Source: Promethearchaeota archaeon (GTDB taxonomy: Archaea; Asgardarchaeota; Thorarchaeia; Thorarchaeales; Thorarchaeaceae). Taken from it: a stretch of 64,000 bases of DNA. Below are positions 9,736 through 18,035 of the stretch, piece after piece; the stretch's first letter is position 1; each line of letters opens with the position of its first letter. A program made the translations under genes and the position numbers. The notes below the pieces were generated by a model that did not search any database, was not told the DNA's origin, and saw nothing but the letters and a program-made list of their open reading frames with translations. The DNA is taken from the NCBI GenBank assembly GCA_014728035.1, contig WJMJ01000101.1:32001-96000 (forward strand). The letters are read 5' to 3'.

Positions 9736-9972
9736 ATGGACCAAAAAGTATGCTCAAAATGTCACCAGCCAAAGGATTTCTCAGAGTTTCATCGTGACAG
9801 TAAATCGTCAGATGGCCTTGCATCACGGTGTAAGGAATGCAAAAGAGAGACCAGGAAGAAGAGATATCAAGAAAATCCAGTTACTGGAGCGCAATGGAAT
9901 AGAGAACACAGGGAAAGTATACTTGAAAACATGCGTAAATATAAAAATAGTATTAAAAAATTTACGGCATAA
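9736..9972 (+). CDS. Small CxxC...CxxC zinc-finger protein (N-terminal module typical of phage HNH/EndoVII nucleases, no nuclease domain)
   Basis: KVCSKCHQPKDFSEFH..DGLASRCKEC; AGGAG RBS. Confidence 0.7.
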   Translation: MDQKVCSKCHQPKDFSEFHRDSKSSDGLASRCKECKRETRKKRYQENPVTGAQWNREHRESILENMRKYKNSIKKFTA

Positions 9973-10021
9973 ATATTTGAATTGTGAACTACAACAAAGA
10001 TTATAGCACCGGAGATGAAAA

Positions 10022-10345
10022 GTGGATATAAAACAATTCATTGGATATCGTTATAGATTTAAATATAAATCTATTGAATTCAGTGGTATCTTCAAAGGAA
10101 TTGGTGAATCAACTGGTAAATATGGGATGATATTCACTGACGTCATGGCGTGGGATAAACCAGTTGACAAAGTATTATCATTATTGATACACCCGTCACA
10201 AACCAAATGTGTGCGTAATTCCGGTAGATTTGCACAATTGCGATCTATGTGCAGAAAGATATTTAAGAGCAATAATTCACAGTCAACTGAGAACCCATAT
10301 GTGCCATCTAACACATTGGGTGGGGAGTCAGATGGTACGCACTAA
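10022..10345 (+). CDS. Hypothetical protein
   Basis: GGAG RBS before GTG. Confidence 0.6.
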   Translation: MDIKQFIGYRYRFKYKSIEFSGIFKGIGESTGKYGMIFTDVMAWDKPVDKVLSLLIHPSQTKCVRNSGRFAQLRSMCRKIFKSNNSQSTENPYVPSNTLGGESDGTH

Positions 10346-10544
10346 ATTGGTAAAATGTAATTGTTACGTGTGTCTACTTGATGACAAGAAAACAACAGAC
10401 AAACCACACAAAGACATTGAGAACGGCACGTGGTATTGTCCAACAATACAATCCACGATTCAAGAAGATGATGAAGTCCCACATGATTGTCCACATGCAT
10501 TAGAACATTACATTATATCCTCACGACCTCCTACCCAAATATAA
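10332..10544 (+). CDS. Small Cys-rich hypothetical protein
   Basis: GGGGAG RBS before ATG at 10332; CNCYVC..CP..CPH. Confidence 0.55.
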   Translation: MVRTKLVKCNCYVCLLDDKKTTDKPHKDIENGTWYCPTIQSTIQEDDEVPHDCPHALEHYIISSRPPTQI

Positions 10545-10560
10545 TGTGGAGGATTTATGT

Positions 10561-11175
10561 ATGAATAGTCTGAAGATTGGCATCCCATTCTGGCACAAAT
10601 CTGGTAAAACCATCCAAGTCAGAAGACATGGATCAGACTGGGAACGCAAAATAAAAGATGGTGCAATACGTCTATTATTGGACCAAAAACAACGTATATT
10701 ATATATTCAAATGCACAGTAAAACTCAAATGAGATCTGCCATTAGTGCTGTGCACGATATTGCATACGGAATGTATGATATTGACCCATCTATTGTTGAT
10801 CCCGAAGATGTGCCTCAAGCAGTAAAACCACTCAAATTTGATAAAATAATTCTGGAAATCGACGACAAAATTTCTTCATTTAAAGACGTTGAAGAGATGG
10901 AATTGATCGAGTCCAAGGAGGTAAGTGATGGTTTGTTTGAGAGCAAGCTAGAATCTATTCTCAGGTTGGAAAATGATATTCCGGACGAAGATCGTAATGC
11001 CGCTATAATAGAAGCACTCAAGCCATATTTTGAATTTGCCATAGCTGAAGGCAAAATTTATGGCACTAACGGCAAAACAATAGTACAATATGACAATGAC
11101 ACATGGTCATTCCAAACTAATAATAAGACTATTCAAAACCCAGATATCCAGACCATGATCAGTATGTCTTGGTGA
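10561..11175 (+). CDS. Hypothetical protein
   Basis: GGAGG RBS, about 200 aa. Confidence 0.7.
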   Translation: MNSLKIGIPFWHKSGKTIQVRRHGSDWERKIKDGAIRLLLDQKQRILYIQMHSKTQMRSAISAVHDIAYGMYDIDPSIVDPEDVPQAVKPLKFDKIILEIDDKISSFKDVEEMELIESKEVSDGLFESKLESILRLENDIPDEDRNAAIIEALKPYFEFAIAEGKIYGTNGKTIVQYDNDTWSFQTNNKTIQNPDIQTMISMSW

Positions 11176-11314
11176 CATGCCCAAACCATCAATATCACCC
11201 GTTGTATATAAATTTCAATCATAACTGCAATACATTGCATATTCTTCTGGAATACTACTTGCAGTGTGTCATATATAATTTTAGCAAATTTACCTATGGA
11301 GGTGGAGGTGAAAT

Positions 11315-11584
11315 ATGACACCACGAAGATGCCCAGTTTGTGGTAGGATCTATGACATTAGCGATTTTTCGGCAACCAAAACACATTACTGCCATGTGTG
11401 TGACACTGAATTCCCGGTGATCATGATGCCGCCCATATCATCTGTTGGTTCACCACTGGCAGATGATATAAGCGATAGGGACTTTGATATTTTGAAGCGA
11501 TCTCTTGATGATCCAGAATCATTCTGGATTTCGATGCGAGAAGCCGATCGTTGTCAATATAATGATGATGGAGAATCAAAATGA
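11315..11584 (+). CDS. Zinc-ribbon protein
   Basis: CPVC..CHVC; GGAGGTG RBS. Confidence 0.7.
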   Translation: MTPRRCPVCGRIYDISDFSATKTHYCHVCDTEFPVIMMPPISSVGSPLADDISDRDFDILKRSLDDPESFWISMREADRCQYNDDGESK

Positions 11585-12807
11585 TGGGTTCAGGATATTG
11601 GCTCAATCCGCGCACTGGTGAATATATAGAAGTCAACAAACATGAGAAGTGGATAAGCAACAAGAAGAATGCACGCCATATCGGCCTATCCAAACGTGCG
11701 TATGAAGAAATTAAACAATTAAATCCGAGTGAAGATATTGATGAAATCAGAATTATTGCTATCATAGATGGGCTGGTTCGAATTCGTGATTATCAAAGCA
11801 AGGTGGCCATTCAATTTTATGCCGGAAGAGGCCAAACACGAAAAGTGTTGTGGTCCGTATATGAAATGATGCAGAACGAGCCATCATTGCGTAATGCGTG
11901 GGATCTTATTATTGGCAATCTAAAAACGAAAGAGGACGTTTCATTACCGAAAGATGAATTTGATAAAAAGATGACATCCGATGAAGCCATCATGATGATG
12001 GAAAATGATAATTTTGAGAGGGTTTCCTCACTTATCACGGTGGTGGAGTCGAAGCTCAGTCACAATTATGATGAACGTTGGATCAATCATGAGGTGATTG
12101 ACCGCATAGAATCAAGAATGGAGAATGAAGGTATCATAGACGATAATTGTAGGTTTTCAATTGTTGATGAAATTGATCACAAATGCAATAACCTCATTTC
12201 TGAGGCAGGTTTATCACGCTTGTTGCGAAAATTTAATAGCGACGTTGAATTTGCCATCATAACAGCGCATCGTCACAAATACGGCAAAAAAGAAAACATC
12301 AAACGCAACAGGGATTTAAGATCAGAATTGAACGCAAGACATATGGGTGTATATCAGCTGGTGGGGCATTGGCGCGAATGTCAGGATGAAAATATTGAAT
12401 ATAAGGATTGTCCACCAGACAAGCTGAAAGACACAGTAGAGAGATCATATATGGTGGTCAAACCTGAAACAATGACATCAAATGAATTTGAGCAGCTAAT
12501 TCTTGATCTTGTAAATAAGTATGAGCAAGATGGTGCTGTAATCAGACAGAACAACAAAATAGAAATCATAGAGAAGAGTGGAGATAGGTTTGCAATAGGT
12601 GAAAGGATGTCTCTAGGTAAGATTGCCCAGGCATATAGTCAACACGTAAAGAAATTAAATGTACCATTTACATTTGAAGGAGTCGAAATACCATCCACCA
12701 ACACAGGTGCACGCATATTTCAAGAATATGGTGTATCATATCCAACAATAAGTAATAAAGATTTAATGTCAACCAAAGAATGGTGCCATCTACTCATAAG
12801 ATCATAG
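11581..12807 (+). CDS. Two-domain phage hypothetical protein, possibly head-associated
   Basis: 408 aa; C-domain EAGLSR..FAIITAHR..ERSY..YEQDG resembles a family recurrent in large myophages (recognised from memory). Confidence 0.65.
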   Translation: MMGSGYWLNPRTGEYIEVNKHEKWISNKKNARHIGLSKRAYEEIKQLNPSEDIDEIRIIAIIDGLVRIRDYQSKVAIQFYAGRGQTRKVLWSVYEMMQNEPSLRNAWDLIIGNLKTKEDVSLPKDEFDKKMTSDEAIMMMENDNFERVSSLITVVESKLSHNYDERWINHEVIDRIESRMENEGIIDDNCRFSIVDEIDHKCNNLISEAGLSRLLRKFNSDVEFAIITAHRHKYGKKENIKRNRDLRSELNARHMGVYQLVGHWRECQDENIEYKDCPPDKLKDTVERSYMVVKPETMTSNEFEQLILDLVNKYEQDGAVIRQNNKIEIIEKSGDRFAIGERMSLGKIAQAYSQHVKKLNVPFTFEGVEIPSTNTGARIFQEYGVSYPTISNKDLMSTKEWCHLLIRS

Positions 12808-12841
12808 ACAGAAGTAATAGATTCTGTAAGGATAACCAACT

Positions 12842-13598
12842 ATGCCTCCTAAACAAGTCACTTGTTCCATTTGTGGTGAACTGGTCATGAAATCACAAAC
12901 TTATGCGACTGGAGAATCGGATTGTGAGGGCAATCCTCTTAGGGCATGCAAATCTCATGACGGGATTATTGAAAAAGCTGAGCAACTAAAAGAAGATAAA
13001 ATCAACAAAACATTAAACGAAGCCAAAGACAAATTACAAGAGGTTGAATCGATTGCTTATGATGATCATACGTGGACGGCCAAGGCTCAAGAACATAAAG
13101 AATGGTCAGAGAATCATTGCTGGTTATGAGCGTTCAGCAGTATCAATTCAAGAAGCAGCATTTAAAAGTCTAATTACATTGAAGAAAGCTGAATTAGATG
13201 GTGAAGATGGATTTAGTCATATGTTCTTTGAACCTGAGAAATTGAAGAAATATGCAAATAAAAATGATAAAGGCAAAGTTATTGCTCATCATATTGTTCT
13301 TAATAATGATCAAATTGAATTACTAATGAAGTGGACAAGAATGAAGCCATTGATCAGAGATACTATTAATTTTCTTTGTATTGTATTTCTTTGTGATGAA
13401 TGTCAGGATCGAGTAGGGGTTCACTCAGTATCTATGTTAGAACATTGGAAGAGTAAAGGAATGAGTCCAGAAGACATAATGAAGAAATTATGTTATCTGG
13501 GTTCTATTACTCAACAAGGACAATTTCAGGAAGTAATTGGAAATATAGCCCATGCCGAGTTGCAAGAGGATCGCCAACGATCACTTGACAGGAATTAA
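12842..13598 (+). pseudogene. Frameshifted zinc-binding protein gene (pseudogene or assembly indel)
   Basis: First frame ends CWL-TGA at 13129; another frame continues ERSAVS. Restoring 2 nt (TTA TGT GAG) gives CWLC, which would pair with the later CDEC. Confidence 0.55.
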
Positions 13599-13771
13599 TA
13601 TCCCTTACCACGCCAATTTTGCAACAATCGCTCGTCATGTTTTGGCTCAACCACATATTGCTGATACCATTTTTGTGGTGATTTACTAGGTTTAGTAAAT
13701 TGCCAAATGTTGGTTGATCCCTGATGTCGCTTCTTGATACGTGGTGAGTACAATTCTGATAATCGTGCCAT
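13595..13771 (-). CDS. Small basic hypothetical protein (58 aa, below the ORF-track cutoff)
   Basis: MARLSELYSPRIKKRH...RGKGY fills the intergenic gap. Confidence 0.5.
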   Translation of the reverse strand: MARLSELYSPRIKKRHQGSTNIWQFTKPSKSPQKWYQQYVVEPKHDERLLQNWRGKGY

Positions 13772-13790
13772 ATAATAACTTTGACACGAT

Positions 13791-14087
13791 TTAATCTTTC
13801 GGGTACATGGTATTCATTATTTCTTGTGGCAGAAAATATTCAGGTCCAACCTCACCAAACATATCATAAGTTTCTGGCGATACCTGAAATCCTGCTTCAT
13901 TCATTTTGGCGGCAATGAATGCCTTAGCCTGCTCGAAAGCTTCTCTGTTGGTCTTAGATTCTAAGCCTCTGTTGGCTTCAACCATCCAACTTAAAGCATT
14001 GGCAAACCTGCCCACGTTAACTTGATCCAATGCACTATCTAGTTCGAATTTAATCGGTAGGCGTCTGTGAAATCGTGGTCTATCCAT
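13791..14087 (-). CDS. Hypothetical protein
   Basis: 98-aa ORF filling the gap, protein-like composition. Confidence 0.6.
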   Translation of the reverse strand: MDRPRFHRRLPIKFELDSALDQVNVGRFANALSWMVEANRGLESKTNREAFEQAKAFIAAKMNEAGFQVSPETYDMFGEVGPEYFLPQEIMNTMYPKD

Positions 14088-14127
14088 AGTATCTTAAATA
14101 CATCCATTCGTATAAAGGGAGACTGAT

Positions 14128-14403
14128 ATGATCACATTGATTGTGGGACCAAAGAGGACTGGTAAGAAGACTATTGCAAAAGCACTCAAAAACATGTGCA
14201 TGGAATCAAATATGCCATGTCGAATTGTTGATCTTGATGACGAGCCATTACCGTTTAACGTCCACGAGCTTATTGATGGAGACATGATAGTGTTGTCATC
14301 TGACGATGAATTCGAAGTCAGAGACATGATGAAGAAAAGATGGAACCTGATAGAGTATTGGAAGTCTCCATATCAAGAAAGTTGGACTCAGAAAGACGAT
14401 TGA
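14128..14403 (+). CDS. Small protein with an N-terminal P-loop-like motif
   Basis: LIVGPKRTGKKT; GGGAG RBS. Confidence 0.55.
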   Translation: MITLIVGPKRTGKKTIAKALKNMCMESNMPCRIVDLDDEPLPFNVHELIDGDMIVLSSDDEFEVRDMMKKRWNLIEYWKSPYQESWTQKDD

Positions 14404-14765
14404 GTCTTAGATAATATATTCTTGACGGAAGTCATCAAATCTATACTAGTGAATGGTTTCATTAGTAAATAAGACCGTCGTGGAAGGTCACCAGCAATTG
14501 ACATATCAGATGTGGTGAAGAGTATTGGAATATCACAACCAAATACTTTGGCCATTTCCACACTCTCTATACTACCATATCCATTCATGCCAATGTCAGC
14601 AATAACAAGATCAAAATCATTCTTGCATTCTGTGAGCATCACATATAGTTGACGTCCAGTACTTACACAAGATACATGATACATCTCAGTCAGCACATTA
14701 TATATCATAAACCGCACATGCGGGATACTATCAGCAACAAGTATACGCTTTGTAGTATAATCCAT
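14388..14765 (-). CDS. Stand-alone CheY-like response regulator receiver
   Basis: RILVADS, FDLVIADIGM (phospho-acceptor Asp), IPILFTTS, YLLMKPF; GAGGAG RBS. Confidence 0.85.
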   Translation of the reverse strand: MDYTTKRILVADSIPHVRFMIYNVLTEMYHVSCVSTGRQLYVMLTECKNDFDLVIADIGMNGYGSIESVEMAKVFGCDIPILFTTSDMSIAGDLPRRSYLLMKPFTSIDLMTSVKNILSKTQSSF

Positions 14766-14806
14766 GATGTCTCCTCAAATGCCTATTATATTTTTGTGGA
14801 GTATCT

Positions 14807-14983
14807 ATGTCTAGTAATTTAGAAGATCATTGGAAAGAACAAGTTTGGGAGTGCAGATGTAAGCTATTCCCACATAGAAGAATACCAACATATAAGCGAA
14901 TGAAGGCTGATGATGATAAAGGTATCAAGTTAAAGAAGATGTTGGAGGATACTTTTATTGATCCATTTGGTAAATCAAACTGA
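14807..14983 (+). CDS. Small hypothetical protein (58 aa)
   Basis: GGAG RBS, ATG at 14807, TGA at 14981. Confidence 0.5.
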   Translation: MSSNLEDHWKEQVWECRCKLFPHRRIPTYKRMKADDDKGIKLKKMLEDTFIDPFGKSN

Positions 14984-15261
14984 ATATTGGTAGTCTAAGT
15001 AGCTATTCATCTTCAAGTTCTTCTAGTCTATCAAGCTCAAGTTCATTATCTAGCTCATCTAGCTGTGATTTCACAGGTGGAATTGACAGCAACACAGTAC
15101 TGATGATGCACGCGGATGGTGATTTAAATTCTGGCCATAATATAACACCAATAAGTGAACCGAGGCAGGTCGCTTTAAATCCATTTAATGATGTATATCA
15201 AGGGAGTTGGGATTTTAGCGGCGGTGAAAAATACCTACAATTAGATAACAGCACAGATTGA
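14980..15261 (+). pseudogene. Orphan poly-Ser + truncated LamG-module paralogue of the tail cassette at 45.1 kb
   Basis: Poly-Ser then CDFTGGIDSNTVLMMHADG (18/19 aa identical to 45146-45202); stops at TGA where the paralogue has Trp; no ATG before the poly-Ser. Confidence 0.85.
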
Positions 15262-15283
15262 TAAGTAAGTGTAGGAGTATGTT

Positions 15284-15781
15284 ATGGATAACGAAATTAT
15301 TTCTAGTAATGGTATCAATATGGCAGCGGATAATCCTATCGAAGATCCTATGGATGAGTCAGCACAACCAGTTGGTGGTGGTCAGGAACAGGTTCTTAAG
15401 GAACTTCTAAATAAGATTCGTAAATGTCCAACATATTCATCTCTTTATGATCTTGAGCCATTATTTAACCGCAATGGTCTAACCATGCAAGTCACCACCA
15501 AGAATCGCATGATAGCATGTAAGATTATGGAGAATAAACCATATTGTAAAAATGTTATTGATGATTATATGTTTATTGGCGCTCTTCGTGATCGTGATTA
15601 TGAGATATCTGACAGAGTACGTGAATGCCTCACGGATTTCGTAATCAATGCTGCTTCCGGTCCTGCCGTGGTTGAGAATAAGCAACGCAATTGGCAGGAT
15701 GATACGCGTCTTTATGGGGATAGGATCTCCATAGCTCGTGAGGATGTTAACACGGTAGCACAAAATGTTATCTTAGGATAA
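15284..15781 (+). CDS. Hypothetical protein
   Basis: AGGAG RBS, 165 aa. Confidence 0.7.
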   Translation: MDNEIISSNGINMAADNPIEDPMDESAQPVGGGQEQVLKELLNKIRKCPTYSSLYDLEPLFNRNGLTMQVTTKNRMIACKIMENKPYCKNVIDDYMFIGALRDRDYEISDRVRECLTDFVINAASGPAVVENKQRNWQDDTRLYGDRISIAREDVNTVAQNVILG

Positions 15782-15783
15782 CA

Positions 15784-17247
15784 ATGGCCAGTTATGATTT
15801 TCCGATTCCTAACCCACGGGGCTTCAGGGCTAAAGATTCTCAGCGAAAATGCGACAAGCCCACTAGTCCAGACCCCGATAGAGCCTGCTGTCCAGACCCA
15901 ACAGAGCTAAGAGCTAATGGGTTAATTCTACATGCCCTCCTTGCTCGTGTAACAGCCAACAATAATACTGTCCACGAATTTGAAACAATTTTCGATGATA
16001 AGAGAAAACTTCTGGAGCTTGATATTCCAGATTGTTATCTTGATTTTATCGAAGATATAGAGGTCGGGCCTAACATATGTCGTTACTTGCGTTGGTTGAT
16101 GTGTGCTGGTGGTGTGGGTGGTAATTATTACCTTCAACCCATTCATCCACCAAATTCAACTAATGTAGTTATATCTGGAAATAGTACCACCGCATTTGAT
16201 TCCGCCATAAAACTTATATCTGATCACAATAACGGAACTGGCAATGAAGAGACGAATGGTGTAGTACTTGATTCTTCCAAATCTTATAAGATTTATATTA
16301 GAGATCATGATAGTCAAGACCCAATAAATGATGGTGATGATAATGAAGTCTATGGCCGTCTACTATATGATGGTACTGAATATGTAGTTGATTTTTATTC
16401 ATGGGTGGACGGGGTTGAAACCCCATATACGTTCACGACCGATGTAAATGTGGACTTGGCGTATGTTCTTGTGTCAAGACAATCGGGTGATTTGACATGG
16501 GATAAATTTGTTGATGTAGAGTTCCACGATGTTATTGATTTGCAGGGTAATCAGGGTCCTCGTGGATACCAGGGGTTTCAAGGCCCTACGGGTTTTCAGG
16601 GTGATCAAGGATTCCAAGGGGATCAGGGATTCCAAGGGAATCAGGGGAATCAGGGTAATCAAGGATTCCAAGGTTATCAGGGATTCCAGGGTCTAAGAGG
16701 ATTCCAAGGCTACCAAGGCAATCAGGGTAATCAAGGTTATCAGGGCTACCAAGGTTTAAGAGGATTCCAAGGCTACCAAGGGAATCAGGGCTATCAAGGT
16801 TATCAAGGATTTCAAGGGAATCGCGGGTTTCAAGGCTACCAAGGCAATCAAGGTAATCAAGGTTATCAGGGATTCCAGGGTCTAAGAGGATTCCAAGGCT
16901 ATCAAGGCAATCAGGGTAATCAAGGCTATCAGGGATTCCAAGGGAATCGCGGGTTCCAAGGCAATCAGGGGTTCCAGGGTCTAAGAGGATTCCAGGGACC
17001 AGCATTAGCACACAAAGCTGGTATTGTCAATGGATCTTCATTCGCTGGTAATCCCAAGACATATTCAGTGACATTTACCACAAGTTTTCCAGATACAGAT
17101 TATGCAATCACGATCACCGGTGCTGTTGAGAGAACATGGACATATGAGAACAAGACTGCAGGTGGGTTTGACATTAATTCTAATTCACCAGTGGCATTTA
17201 CTGAAGAAGTTAGTTGGATAGCTATGGTTATTGGGGAATCCACATAA
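15784..17247 (+). CDS. Collagen-like (G-X-Y) fibre/decoration protein
   Basis: About 150 aa of uninterrupted G-(N/F/Y/D)-Q and GLR triplets; C-terminal small beta domain of fibre-tip type (VTFTTSFPDTDYAITIT). Confidence 0.85.
   Translation: MASYDFPIPNPRGFRAKDSQRKCDKPTSPDPDRACCPDPTELRANGLILHALLARVTANNNTVHEFETIFDDKRKLLELDIPDCYLDFIEDIEVGPNICRYLRWLMCAGGVGGNYYLQPIHPPNSTNVVISGNSTTAFDSAIKLISDHNNGTGNEETNGVVLDSSKSYKIYIRDHDSQDPINDGDDNEVYGRLLYDGTEYVVDFYSWVDGVETPYTFTTDVNVDLAYVLVSRQSGDLTWDKFVDVEFHDVIDLQGNQGPRGYQGFQGPTGFQGDQGFQGDQGFQGNQGNQGNQGFQGYQGFQGLRGFQGYQGNQGNQGYQGYQGLRGFQGYQGNQGYQGYQGFQGNRGFQGYQGNQGNQGYQGFQGLRGFQGYQGNQGNQGYQGFQGNRGFQGNQGFQGLRGFQGPALAHKAGIVNGSSFAGNPKTYSVTFTTSFPDTDYAITITGAVERTWTYENKTAGGFDINSNSPVAFTEEVSWIAMVIGEST
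16543..17001 (+). repeat. 9-nt-period collagen-coding repeat
   Basis: CAGGG/CAAGG recurs every 9 nt, with higher-order blocks. Confidence 0.95.
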
Positions 17248-18014
17248 TGCTCAATGTTGATTTGGGGTTTGATAATACATTTCGTGTGTCGGTAAAGAAT
17301 GTTACTGGCTCATCTATTGCTGCAAACAAAGCGGTTGCGATAGCGGGATATGATGCTACTGATGATCTTCTCCAAGTGCAGTTGGCTGATAACAGTACTG
17401 GAAAACCAGCCATTGGAGTAGTTGAATCGGCCATTGATAATAATGGTATTGGAACAGCGGTAAAATATGGATTACTGCCGTATGATACTTCTGGAACTAC
17501 AATTGGTGATTTGTTATATTTAGGTACCAATGGCGATCTCACATATACATTGCCAGCTGGATTAGTTGTCAGACAAGAGCTTGGTAGAGTGGCTTATGTT
17601 AATGCGTCTGGGTATTTATATTTATTTCCCAAACCATATTCTCCATTGACTCCTGGTGTGCCGTCCATGACGACATCATTCTTTAATTCATCAGCTACTT
17701 ATCTTGAATATAATACGACATCATGGCAAGCTGCTGCCCAATGGCCTTACGTGGGAACTGATATATGGAGGCCATATACATTCGTATTGATAGCATCTAG
17801 GTCTGGCACTAGCGGCACATCTTATGTGAGGTTGGCTGATATCACGAATAATAATGAGATTTCTAATATTGCATTCACCTCGTCCACATTGGCATTTTAT
17901 GAAGATACTACACTTCTCAACTTACCAGCCAATCAAGCTATATTGGAGATTGATACACAGAAAAGTAGTGGTGGTGCATCAAAGACACGTATTCACTCCG
18001 TGGCTCTATACTAA
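17247..18014 (+). CDS. Putative virion fibre/decoration protein
   Basis: TAATG coupling to the collagen gene; KNVTGSSIAA..AIGVV..G..LYLG..G pattern of phage structural domains. Confidence 0.6.
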   Translation: MLNVDLGFDNTFRVSVKNVTGSSIAANKAVAIAGYDATDDLLQVQLADNSTGKPAIGVVESAIDNNGIGTAVKYGLLPYDTSGTTIGDLLYLGTNGDLTYTLPAGLVVRQELGRVAYVNASGYLYLFPKPYSPLTPGVPSMTTSFFNSSATYLEYNTTSWQAAAQWPYVGTDIWRPYTFVLIASRSGTSGTSYVRLADITNNNEISNIAFTSSTLAFYEDTTLLNLPANQAILEIDTQKSSGGASKTRIHSVALY

Positions 18015-18035
18015 AATTCTGGGTGTATCTAAGTT

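Noticed and set aside
14974-15261. DGR template repeat for the LamG gene
   Set aside because: Differences are mostly synonymous third-position changes rather than adenine-specific, and no reverse transcriptase is in the window
16543-17001. Regular repeats as a possible CRISPR or guide array
   Set aside because: The 9-nt period, synonymous variation and in-frame G-X-Y translation show a collagen-coding repeat
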